Shown: positions 35,586 to 48,030 of the stretch, one piece after another | Layout of the letters: each line of letters opens with the position of its first letter | Position numbering within the stretch: the stretch's first letter is position 1 | Notes under the pieces: model-generated | Seen by the model: the letters and a program-made list of their open reading frames with translations, nothing else | Databases searched by the model: none | Told to the model about the DNA's origin: nothing | NCBI RefSeq assembly: GCF_006345805.1 | Contig: NC_043012.1 | Location: 36,208,001-36,272,000 of the forward strand | Length of the DNA: 64,000 bases | Direction: 5' to 3' | Origin: Octopus sinensis | Taxonomy: Eukaryota | Program-made: the position numbers and the translations under genes

Positions 35586-37634
35586 GCCATTTCAACAACA
35601 AATCAAACTTAGAACAGACTTCGCCATTCAGTTAGTCTCCTCCATTAAGCATGTGTGCTTGGCTAAATGAATCTACCAGTTCCTAAAAATAGATTAATTC
35701 TGGTTCTTACCTTAGCAAAGTTTCTAACTCTGACCTTGTGACATTCAAAACTCCCTAACATTAATTGACTGTGTGGTTAGTGGTTAAGAAACTTGCTTCC
35801 CAACTACGAAGTTTCAAATTCAGTCCCTCTGCATGGTACCTTAGGTAAGTGTCTTTGTCCCAGGCTGGTCAAAGCCTTGGGAATAGATTTGGTCAATGGA
35901 ATCCAAAAGCCCATTATGCGTGTATGCGTGTTGTTTCCTTATCTTGGACATTGTGTGTTAGTTGTGTCACCATCATACAACCGGTATCCTTTGTTTGCCC
36001 TTGTTTGTGAAAACATCTGGCCTTGGAGAACTGTTGTGTTAGTTGGAAACGAGTGAAGCTTGATGACAGAAAGGGCACCCAACTGTAGAAAACCTGCCTC
36101 GTGTCGAACCCTTGCAAGCATGGAAAAATAGATGTTAAAACAATGATGATATGAGATTTAACTTGAGTAAATGCTTGACATTTTAAAGACTTTGATATTG
36201 CTGGTTGATTTGAATCAACACTAACAATCTTTGATACTGAAAATATATATATATATATGTGTATGTATATGGACTGTTGGGTATATGTTATTTGACCTAT
36301 TAATATTCCTGTTTAATGACCTGTTGTTATATTGCCTTTGAATCATATTATAATTAATTCAGTAATTTATAAACCTACTAATTAGATTGGATAAGTCTAA
36401 ATGCTTCCTATGAAAATAATAGGAACTTGTACATAATGTAAATATAATTGTGTATTTGTTTTTTACTGCATGTCATTTTTACAACATGGTAACACAAACG
36501 GTATTTGCAGTAGTTCAAATAAAACCAGTGTTTGTGAAAACCTGAACCAACAACTGTACACACACACACATACACTGCCAAAAATAACAGTACAGATGGG
36601 TTGGGTTCAGAAAAATAGAAAACCAAAGGAAATGAATGAAATTGTAACAATTTCCTGTAGACAACTGGTGAAGAGATTCTTTTATAGGAAAGTCCCTTAT
36701 CTATCTGTATTGATATTTTTACAGTGTTATTTGTAATGCAAACACACACACACACCTATCAAATATGAAGTTTATATCTAACTCATTTCTGTAATTCTTA
36801 ATCTTTCTGTTTCAAGACTTGCTCCACTTTCATGCATTGCTTGCTGGCTTGCTATTGGTTATTTCTCTCCTCTTCACTTCCTTATCTCTCTAATCTACCT
36901 CTCTCAGCAGAGCCACTACTTTCCCCCTTTACATTTCTACAACATGAGATAAAGAATAAGACTCAAGAATGGAATATGTGACTTAGTGTTTTATATGTAA
37001 TTATAATCAGAAGAGATGTCAGAGTCCATGCCTTTTGTAGCTTTTCTCAATATCATGTGACAGAACTCCATCAGCAACATGTTGCAGTCTGATAGGAAGC
37101 TTCCAAAGAGGTGATGTAAATCACATGCAGGAATCATAATAAAAAAGTTTCTCATACTACATGGTCAATGATTTGGCTGATGCCATTCAGGTATGGATGT
37201 ACTGTCAGCTTGGCTTGTTTGAGATGTGTGTAAGGTAGTGTGACTATTTTGCATCCATTTGTGTACCCAAGTATTACTGACTTGTGGTATTGTCAACCAC
37301 GTGCTGTTGCTGGGTGTAGAACAAATTCCCCCCTCCTCCTCTCATCAGCCTACCCCCCAACCAACACTTTCTGCAAGCAAATGGGGACAGGTTTTCTTAC
37401 CTGATGTCCATGACAAATGAAGATTGCTATGGTGACCACAATTTTCCCACTTGATTTTGTATGAGAAGCTCTCAAGATATCAATCAATGTAAAAGTTTAT
37501 GTGTTTGATTTCTGTGTGCTTGGCTCTGCTGCATCTGTTTGAGCTCTCAGTCAAGTGTACTGTAGCTCTCTACTCATCCTACACTGAATATAGAGTGAAT
37601 TAGTACCATTTGTTTTCTGTTTTTATATGCTAAA

Positions 37635-37865
37635 GGCGGCGAGGTGGCAGACACGTTAGCGCGCTGGGCGAAATGCTTAGCGGTATTTCGTCTGTCATTA
37701 CGTTCTGAGTTCAAATTCCGCCGAGGTCGACTTTGCCTTTCATCCTTTCGGGGTCGATATATAAAGTACCAGTTTCGCACTGGGGTCGATGTAATTGGCT
37801 TAATCCCTCTGTCGGTCCTTGTTTGTCCCCTCCATGTTTAGCCCCTTGTGGGCAATAAAGAAATA
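37635..37865 (+). mobile_element. SINE family B, intact with TSD
   Basis: TSD TATATGCTAAA (37624-37634, 37866-37876); CpG-rich; GACTTTGCCTTTCATCCTTTCGGGGTCGAT...AAGTACCAG Nin-like domain. Confidence 0.9.
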
Positions 37866-40730
37866 TATATGCTAAAGGGGTAATAAAAAATTTCTAGATT
37901 TAAAAACAATTCCTTCATTCCTTTGTGTCTTAACTGCTTTTTAATAAGAAATAGTTGAAGAAATTTAATGAAAATACTAAACAACGTTGATGAGAGACAA
38001 TAAAAACCCAAGAGTATTTGATGAGGGACAATAAAAACTCGGTGGTTTTATATTGATACAGTCTGAATATTTAATGTGAAATGTGCTTGGTGAATACTAG
38101 TTAACATTGTGTTATGGTTTGATTGGAAATTGGTGAGTTTTAGCCTTAAGTTACCCAATGCTCTTTTAGTTTTAGTTCTTTAATAATTCAGTGCCGTTAA
38201 TACTTGAAATATTTCAATTGTTTATCAACCCACTGGATAACCACACAGATCCCCCACCCCCCACCTGCCCCTGGTGGTCAGTGTTGACCACTTTGCCAAC
38301 CCCTGTTGTTAACCATTGACCTGTTACCATATTTCATCCTGCAATCCATCTTAGTGATATTTGTGAATGTATTACATCTTTTCTGTCACTGGTCAACCAG
38401 CCATACAATCAGGTGACCTGTGCTAGTCACTGTCATACTCTACATTTCTCGTTAACCTTCTTAATTATTTCTTCTTAGCTGACATCATTAGTCTTGTATA
38501 TCCAATGTCAGTTTCTGGTTCTAATCTAGAACTTCCCACAACATTGTAGACTTACATGTTGACCAGCACTGTCTGGTCCTGGCTTGATGTTTGACCAAGA
38601 GGGTCTGATGTATCTTTTTCAAAATTATTTTGCCTTTTTATCTATATTTTTTCTTAGTTTAATTAACTTTTTCTATCTATATTTTTTCTTAGTTTAATTA
38701 GCTTTTTTTATCTATATTTTATCATTGTGCCTTAGTGTGCCACCTTATCGTTGTGCCTTATTGTTGTGCCTTGTCGTACCAACTTATTGTTTTGCCTTGT
38801 TGTTGTGCCTTATTCTTTCTTGTATCTTACCATTTTACTGCATTCTTTACAACTATTCCTGCACTTTACTATCGTCTCTTATTGTTTATAATTCAATTTA
38901 TCTTCCTAATATTTTCTTGCAATTTACTCTATGTCCTCTGTTATTTGTACTCTTTTTCACTTATATTGAAAGGAAAGTCTTTCAGTCTCTCTTTCCAAAT
39001 TCCATTCTGCTCATTAAGCATTGTGGACTGATTTTGATGACTCTAAAATTGTTCCTCCTTCTATTCATGTCCGCCCAACCCCAATGTACGTATGTTCAAT
39101 AGTTTCTGAAGGCCTTCCATAATAGGGAACAACTGATGACATCCAAGGGGACTTCAGTTGCTAATGTGATCATGCATGTATGAGAGAGAAAGAAAGAGAG
39201 TATGAGTGGGTACTGAATGTTTGCAGAGAATTGCAGAGAAACCAGTTCCTCTGATTCGCTAAGTGTTTGTATTAATTGATGTCCAGGCAGTGGTGAGGGA
39301 GGGTGGGGAGTGAGACTGAAGAGGAAAGGTATTGTAAGATACGTACAGATTGATGTGAACAGATGGTGTGTGGTGGGTGAAGAAGGTGTTATTGTTTAGC
39401 CCTAGGTCAAAGCACATCAGACTGTGGTTGGGTAGAGAGAGCCTGCTGAACCCTTCATCCTGCAATAGACTGAACATAAGCAATCCAATTGTGGCGCCAC
39501 ATAAAAGTGCTCATGCAGAGCCATGCAAAAGTACCCAGCACACTCTGTAAAGTGGTTGGCATCAGGAAGGGCATCCAGCCGTAGAAACCTTGCTAAATCA
39601 GGCTGGAGTCTAGAACAGCTTGTTAGCTCGGGTCAAACCGTCCAACCCATGCCAGCACGGACAACAGGCACTTAATGATGATGATATGTAATATGTGTGT
39701 ACTTTTGCCTATGTATATTTGCAAAGAATACAGACCTTGTTGAGGAATCGAAAAGCCAGTTCTTGATAATCTATCGATTCTCCTCCATCACAAATGTTGC
39801 TAATCAGTAATTGGTCCTTAAAAATCCTTAATTAAGACCCTCTTGTAACGAACTGTGATATACTATCTTATGTGCCTTTCCTAGTTTTGTTTCCATTGCT
39901 CCAGGTCACCCTTAATTATGCAAACTTATGACTAAACACACTACAGCCATAACCAGGGTGGGGCAGGCAGGGCCTGGGTGACACTTTGAAGGGGGCACAA
40001 TTTTGGCTAAGATCAATTTCTGATAAGCCATTTAAAAAGATTTGGTGGAGGGGGTGGGCACAATTTTGATGCTTGCCCTGGGTACCATTTACCCTAGTTA
40101 TGCCCCTGGCCATAACCATCCTGTTTTTTTTTTTTTATTCAAGCAGTGTTTCTGTACTACATTATGCAATTTGTCCTTCCTTTTTTAAAATGGTGAAGGG
40201 TGGTTTAAGGGAGATTTAGCTGTTATTTCTAGCATTGAAGTGACAACACAGAGGCCTCTTATATTTTTGTAGTAAAAGGTGATAGCAGGTCGGCAAAAAG
40301 AATGGGGTGGGTGTAAGTAGAAGATACTGGAAAGGTTTCTGTTTGGAAGGTCATTATGTACACACAACTATTGTTAAAGACTGTCCACTTGGTAATGTCT
40401 TGGAAGAATGGTGGACATTAAAACACCGAGGATGACATGTGTGTGTGTGTACTTGTGTATAAGTGCAAGCATGGTTGTATGGTTTAGAAGTTCGTTTCCA
40501 AATCACATGGTTTGGTGTTCAATCTTACTGCATGGCACCTTGGGCAAGTGTCTAATACTATATCCCCAAAATCAATCAAAACTTGGAAGAAACCCCTCTG
40601 TGTGTGTGTGTGTCCCCGAGACTGTTTGCGTCTCACTTTGCTTTGACATCATGCAGTAGTTATAAACAAGTATTACCATACAAGTCATTTGTTTCCTCTA
40701 TGAAAAATGTGTCCAGCCATTGGGGAAGTA

Positions 40731-41104
40731 CACTACCGTCAGAAATTAATTAGCACCCTTGATTTGCTCTTCACTCAAGGTATGTGCTGTCACCTAGTGG
40801 CCATATCTCGAACTATTGCTTTGTTGCGAGTTCACTGTTGCGCAGAACGATGACGTAACTTGTTTGCAGAGCAGTTTGAGAGTCTACAGCCTTATGATGT
40901 TGACATAGCAGTGCAACAAATTGGAGTGCGGATGCAGACAAATCTCCTTTGTTTAATAGATATAGGTAGCGCCTCGCAAGGACCGAAATCACACCATACT
41001 AAGTTTTCTCATCGCGTAAGACGTTTTGAACAGCTCATAGTTAATTGATTTAACCTATTTAATGTAGAAATTTGAGAAGTGCTAATTAATTTCTGACGCA
41101 AGTG
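40731..41104. mobile_element. Tc1/mariner-type MITE (374 bp)
   Basis: 26-bp TIRs CACTACCGTCAGAAATTAATTAGCAC / GTGCTAATTAATTTCTGACGCAAGTG with TA duplication; the empty-site equivalent is visible at 44625-44660. Confidence 0.92.
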
Positions 41105-41532
41105 TATTACCTTGTTTGGAGACAGGTGAGGGTTGGTCACAGGAAGGGCATCCAGCTGTAGAAAATCTGCCTCAGTAAATTCTATCTAGCCCATGGAAAC
41201 CTGGAAAAGTGAACATTGAAACAGTGATGATGATGATGATAATGTGTGTGTGTTTCTGTAATAGCCAACAAATATTTGCAAATAAGTTTGTGTGCGTGTG
41301 TAATATTTATATAAACAATTGCGGTTGATATGAAAAAAGCTGAGAGCATCACAAGGGTGTGCTGTTGTCATCGTCATCACTATCATGTTTGTTGTCATTG
41401 TCATCACCATCAGCACCATCCAGTGTGACATAGTTTGGATTCAGAAAGTTTACTGAAACAGCATGTGTGGTCGTTGAAATTTGCAATTGTAATTAAATAT
41501 AACGAAGAACGGGCTCGTTTTGTTGTTTGCAG

Positions 41533-41606
41533 TTGATAACGACACAGACTATTGACACAAATGTTGGTGCTGTGTGCAGACCGAATATATTTGAAGAGCT
41601 ACAAGG
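41533..41606 (+). other. candidate internal 5'-UTR exon of the SON-like gene
   Basis: Acceptor TTTTGTTGTTTGCAG| and donor AGG|GTAGGG around 74 nt of unique sequence; splice signals only. Confidence 0.3.
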
Positions 41607-42494
41607 GTAGGGAATTGGTTTGTTTTCACAGTTGCGATGTTGATGAGGGCAGGGGTGGTGATGGCAGGTTGGGGCAACACTTATCTTTTAACAAGTGAAT
41701 TGTGGCAGTCGGATATATTGCAGTCTGAAAGGGTTGTGTTACCAAACTTGTTGATCTATTATGCATGTCTTTTTAACACACTCCCGAGACAACCATTGAC
41801 TTCTTTTCTCACCTCTGGATCTCTTCCTCTTTTTCTCTTCTCTCTCACTCATTCTCTCTCTCTATCTCTCTCTCTCTCTTTCTCATTCACACAAATACAT
41901 ATATGTATGTCTGAGCTAAAAGGGGTCACATATCCAAATCGAAGGTTTATTCACTGGTCCTTCAGCCAAGCAAACCTCTGGTTTGGCTGGGTTCCCTGTT
42001 TTTGTATTTTTTTTTCTATCTCCATACATAAATTTGACTCTACACACCTCCAACATACCTTAGTATTGAGTTTGTAACACAACAGAAATAAAAACGCCTA
42101 AGTGTGTAATAATAATCTATATTGAAAATGCAATTGCATTTTTTCTGTTGAAAAGTGCATTACTATAATGTGGCTCTGATTCTATGCTAGCCAAATCTAG
42201 AGATTCGCTGATTATCACTGAAGTACATCGTCAGGTATAGGAGTGGAGTGTGAGATTATCTATAGAATGCAAATGTTTTAGTGATATATATATGTGTGTG
42301 TGTGTGTGTATATATATATATTTACCATTCATCCTATGCTGGTATGGACAACAGCTGTTAAATGATAAAGATATATAGAACAAATAGTTAAGGATTATCA
42401 ATCTGGGCAAAATACTTCATAAGCTCTCTATGCGTGCACACACACAAACAAACACACACACATACACATGGATGAGCCAAATCCAAGTTATTAA

Positions 42495-42934
42495 CCCTTT
42501 AGTACTTAAATCCACCATATCCAGTCCCAAATATTCTTCTACTCTAGGCACAAGGCCCAAAATTTTGGGGGAGGGGTCCAGTCAATTAGATCAACCCCAG
42601 GACGTAACTGGTACTTAATTCATCAACCCCCAAAAGGATGAAAGGCAAAGTTGACCTCGGCAGTATTTGAACTCAGATTGTAAAGACAAATGAAATACCG
42701 CAAAGCATTTTGCCTGGTGAGCTAACGTTTCTGCCAGCTTGCCAATCCCAAGTATTTTACCTGTTTTACATTCAAACTGACTGGATCCAGCCTCTTACAC
42801 TTATTCTACAATGCCATGTTAAAAATAATGTCATAAAAATCTCAAAGTTACAAGATAATCCAGGATTAATTCAGGCCAATGTGAATGAATAAGCTTTGCA
42901 TTTGACATTCAGAATAATCTGAATGCTAAAAGGG
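42495..42934. mobile_element. piggyBac-type MITE with nested family B SINE (about 42535-42745, minus)
   Basis: TTAA-CCCTTTAG...CTAAAAGGG-TTAA; the SINE is flanked by the imperfect duplication CCCAAATATT/CCCAAGTATT. Confidence 0.8.
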
Positions 42935-43413
42935 TTAAACACAATGACCACATATATATATATATATATATATAGTTTGCATTCTTGAGCAGGGCATTTC
43001 ATTCCATGTTGCTCCAGTCTGCTCGGCTGAAAATGAGTACCACCCTTGCACTGGGGCAACATTTCTCATTCCTGCTGCCACACTCCTCTATGGTCTGCTG
43101 GGTCAAAAGGTGACTGGTTGGAGAAAGTGCCTGTTCATTCAAATCTAAACAGCGAAAACAATTTGTGAAAGCATGCTACAGGTATCATACAGGTATCATA
43201 CAGGTATCGTTCTCATTTGCATGTAACAGCTGTTTTATGCACATACACGTGTGTGTGTGTGTGTGATTATTTATTTGCATATTTATTTTTAACATGTCTA
43301 CACAGTTTTGGATGAAAAAATATACTGGTTGAAATACCAGTTTCTCATATCTTGCTGTACGCAGTGCCAATGTGTGTGTGTGTGTAAGAAATTAGAATGA
43401 TGAAGGAATAAAC

Positions 43414-43690
43414 AATTATGTTATGAATTTCATTGGCTTACAGCTGTTTCGGCTACACATACAATGTACTCCTAGTTGAATGCTTGTATATCACCCTATA
43501 GCTTCATCAGAGCTCCACTGAAGCTATAGGGTAATACACAAGGATTCGACTATGAGTGCATCACATCTGGTAGCAGAAACAGCTGTAAGCCAATGAAGTT
43601 CACAACATAATTTCTTATTATACTGCTCTGTACTCGACTGACACTTCATTCTGAAGCCTATGTTTATTGATATCTAACATCAGGTTATAA
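43414..43690. mobile_element. fold-back element with hammerhead (43436-43513, minus)
   Basis: About 95-bp arms 43414-43612 with a right-hand tail; minus strand GCT-CTGATGA-AGCTA...TAGCC-GAA-ACAGCTGT-A-AGC. Confidence 0.75.
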
Positions 43691-44190
43691 GTTTCACTGT
43701 GCTTAAGCAAAATATTAAAATATACAGACATATTTTGGTTGAGTCACTCTCTTGCTACTCTGAAGTTTTACCTCTGCATTCACAGTCATCAGGTGAGTCA
43801 TGCATCATGCTAGATGACCTATAAACTCAATGGTATTGAGTGCTCTTTCTCCCTGACAGTCAACACTACATATATATATACACACACACATCGTGCTGGT
43901 GGCATGTAAAAGCACCCACTACACTCTTGGAGTGGTTGGTGTTAGGAAGGGCATCCAGTGGTAGAAACTCTGCCAGATCAGATTGGAGCTTGGTGCAGCC
44001 ATCTGGTTCGCCAGTCCTCAGTCAAATCGTCCAACCCATACTAGCATGGAAAGCGGACGTTAAACAATGATGATGCATACATACATACATAAAATATATA
44101 TTTTATCCCAAGACGGTGACAAATTCAAAAGGAGCTGTGGTTGGCCACTTAGAATAATGTACTGGAAGATAAGGTTGAAGGCGAAAATGA

Positions 44191-44260
44191 AATATCTAAT
44201 CCATGATTGTTAGTCCAACAAAATATATTTTGTCAGACTAACAATTATGGTTTTAGATAG
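44191..44260. repeat. short imperfect palindrome
   Basis: ATCTAATCCATGATTGTTAGTCCAACAAAATA / TATTTTGTCAGACTAACAATTATGGTTTTAGAT. Confidence 0.75.
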
Positions 44261-46826
44261 ATAGATGTAACACACATTAATGTACACTCACTCTACTACT
44301 GGTTTCAGCCACTGGGCTGTGACCTTGCTGACAGCTGTCAGAATGTTTTTCATAGCCTTTTGTATGTTATGAGGAAGTTTAATGTCACTGCTTTTGTCTG
44401 TGTATCCACACTGCAGTGTAGATTCACCCAGGATTATACACAATTGAGTGCCTACATTTAAATTTGAAATGCTATGTATATATATCCCTTATAACTTGAA
44501 GCATTGTGTGTGTTTGTGTTAGAATTTGTCATTCATTAAGGTAATATGTTAGTGTCTCCTTGTCTTTTGCATGATTATTGTAAATGAATGTCAATCATTT
44601 CCAGTATTCTGCAAAAACATGTCTGGCCACGGGGAAATATTGCCTAGCTTGGAAACAGGTGAAGGTTGGCGACAGGAAAGGCATCCAGCTGTAGAAAATC
44701 TGCCTCAATAAACTCCATCCAGCTCAGATAAGCATGGAAAAGTAGATGTTAGATGTTAGAACGACAATGATGACAATAAAGTATGTCAGTGGCTAACATG
44801 TCCAAAGGCTGAAGAAAATGCTTATCTGTTTTGTATATGGTCAATGGAGAAAGGGACATTTGGACGGCCATCTTTGTCATGAACACAGCTTTGTTATATA
44901 GATAGGGAATGGGGGAAAAGCCAAGAAAATACTCTTTTTCATGTATATTTTAGAAATAACCATATAAGTAATTCTGGTTAATGAGTCAAAGCACTTTCAG
45001 CTGGTTCCCACTTACCCATCCTTTCACCTCCTCAACTAATCTCATTAAATGGTATCACCTTCTCATTAAATGGTATTACCTTCATATTTGGACTGATTCT
45101 GTTGTTGAACAACATTACATTGTCACTGGATAATATCAACATATTTCTTCATAGAAGTATTTTGTTATTGTCTATAACTAGAGTGTTGCCCATCATATTG
45201 GTAGATAATGCTGGGAATATACGTCTACCTCTGGGTCGTATCAGGTAATTACTGGAAATATAATAATTATTATTTTACTTTCTGTTAAGTTTGATGAGGA
45301 ATGACTACTAATTTTTGAAATATATTTGTTAAAATGAATAAAGTAAATTTTTCATTTGTGTACTTGTAATAGATATATGTTATTAATAACAATAATAATG
45401 TTTAACTATCAATTCACAACACGTGAAACATCACTTGATCTTTCCTACATTGGCAAAAGCATGTTCCTAACATTACCTTGTCATATGATAGGTAGCACTC
45501 TACTCAGTGTATAGTAAGTAACCAAGGGAAATAAACCCAATAGCATAAAGAGTTGTCTCCCATTTGGAGACAGCCAAACAGAGACAAAGGGAAATGAATC
45601 CAATATCAGAGTTAACTCTCTTTGAGAGACGGCTAAACAGAGACAGAGACACACTGTCAGTTTTATTAAGAGCTAGGTTTTAACTGTTTATAAAACCCAA
45701 ATATGCCTTGTGTTTTATCACACAAAGAAAGTAAAAGAAAAATCCTGACTGAAATTTAACAACAAAGTCTGGTCCATGTCAAACTTTGTCCTCTCTTAAT
45801 TCTTCTCTTCTGCTACAGCTTCTGTTTTTCTCAAGTTACTGACTGAATACTTCCTCCACCGTTACAAACCCAATGAAACAAACGTGTACCTCAGTCCTTC
45901 TTCTTTATTATAACCATGTCTCTCTGCTTGTGTTCCCATTCTGCCCATGCTCACCCACCAACCACTAATGTACAAACTTCAAACTGAAAACCTACTACCT
46001 TTAACTATTCCTGCACTTCATGTCTTTTAGTCGAGAAGGGGCTGAAAATACTGCAGGTATTATAGTCCCCGCTAAAACAAGATACTGTTGACAGTATTGT
46101 TTATGTTTTGCAAGGAATATCTGCTTCATCTAGAAAGCCTAACTTACCATTCTAACTGATCCTATTTTAATATTAACATATTGGTAAACTGATGCAATCA
46201 GATGCCCACTTAACTACTCTAATGAATGTCCTGCACCTACTGACCTTTAACTCTGCCAATGAAATGGAACTAGATCCTATTGTCCTGCCAGATAGAGGCT
46301 GAGATGGTTCTGGAAGAAATAGTGTTAAGAAGACAAGCCATCCAGGAGAGAGTGGACACATAAGATGAAGAGGCTGTCGACTCTGGAAGTACAAACATTC
46401 TCAGATGTTGGTCACTGAACTGTCTGTCCACACACCCCTATAGTTCTTGGTGAACTTGGTGACTCTTGGCTGTCTTTTACAAATTCAACCGGGTTATCGT
46501 TGCAACGAAGAAGTGACCACCACACCAGCTGAAGAGAGACTTTAAAAAAAAATTGCTACAGAGTAAGTTTTCTGGACCAAGGTTACTTCCTAATTTCTAT
46601 TGGTGAAAGAGAGAGAGCGAGAGAGAGATGCCAACACTAGCCTTCCTGATCCACAATCCATAAAAACCAATGGTTGTTAAACCATTGATGATGTTGATAA
46701 TATTGTTAACACTATTATCACGTCTTCATTGCTGTTTAGATTGTGAATATCGATTATTTGTACATGTCTAACAAAACATGTCTGCATTGCTTTCTTCTAA
46801 ATTAACTTGTCAATATTCTCTTTCAG

Positions 46827-47101
46827 AACCCAGTGGACCAGCAGATATCACACTTATATGATATTGCCCAGTAGACAGAAAGATATCGCTATATAGAAGG
46901 CATTCTTCTAAAAATAATGGACCACCAGTCTGTTCTCAACCAACGACTATGAAAGTTATTCTCTGCAATCTATTTCTCCATACGGTTCCAGTGTATTAAA
47001 AGACTCGCCTCTCCTCTTCACACTAGTTCTCTGAAATAGTTAGAGTTTATGTTGGCATTTCACTGCTACCACTATTGTTGTAGTAGTCAGTCATTTGAAA
47101 T
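46827..47101 (+). other. probable 5'-UTR portion of the first coding exon
   Basis: Acceptor ATATTCTCTTTCAG| at 46826; all three frames closed; in-frame TGA at 47096 precedes ATG 47102. Confidence 0.5.
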
Positions 47102-48030
47102 ATGATTTCTTTTGATAAAACCCCGGTCTCCTCAGAAACCTGCCATTCTGTTATGCAATCGTACCCTAATCAGTCATCTAATATTCCAGAAACAGCTATG
47201 TACTCCCCTTCATTTGCACTGCCTAATGACATGGGGTCTCGTTTACAGTATACCAAGCCTGCTGCCACTTTACCAAACAATTCTATACAAGAACAGGCCC
47301 CTTACTTATATTCAAGTTTTCAACAACAGACTACAATTCAATATCCAACCACTAATAACTCGCTAGTTGATAATAGCAATCTTGCTGTGCTACACCAACC
47401 AACGAGATCAGAACTACCAGTTTCAAATAACAATCTGATAAATGTATATTCAAATAGTGTTTCTCAGTCATTTTATAACCAGACATTACAGAGTGAAGAA
47501 AGTGTTAATCTAATGCGTGCTAGGCCTTCAGATGGATTATTAAAAGAGTCACCTCCCAAAGACCGGATTTATGAACACATATCCCATGCACATTCTATTT
47601 CCAAATCCCACAAAAAGATAACAGAACTCAGTGATGAAGATTTGTCTTCAAGATTCCCATCTAGCCCTCTGATAAGTTCCAAAATTAAGCCCTCATCATT
47701 AACTTTATACTCTAGTATTTGCAAGTCGTTGTCGTCGTCATCGTCATCATCTGTTGAAAACAAGAAGAGAAGGCGTTCGCGCTCACGTTCTTCTTCACCG
47801 TCTTACTCACGATCAAAGTCTCCTAGTTCCTACTCGAGATCCAGATCGTCATCTAGAAGAAAGTCTTCGAGAAGATCTCGATCTAAAAGCCCTTATTCAA
47901 AAGGCAGAGGTCACTCGGACAAACCCCGATACAGCTCTAGGTTGAATGAGAATGACAAGTCATCCAAGAGATCATCGCGATCGAGGAGTCGAGAGAAGGA
48001 CTACCATAGGGAGACATCCCAAGGTGATAA
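47102..48030 (+). CDS. SON: SON-like protein, coding exon 1 (S/Q/N-rich N-terminus and RS-rich tract)
   Basis: 310-aa ORF with KKRRRSRSRSSSPSYSRSKS...; donor AA|GTAAGT (phase 2) matches the next exon. The start codon is less certain than the exon end. Confidence 0.88.

Noticed and set aside
38630-38815. Short tandem repeats (about 38-bp AT-rich unit; TTGTGCCTT unit), also 43178-43208 and 45040-45085
   Set aside because: Ordinary slippage duplications with no further structure.
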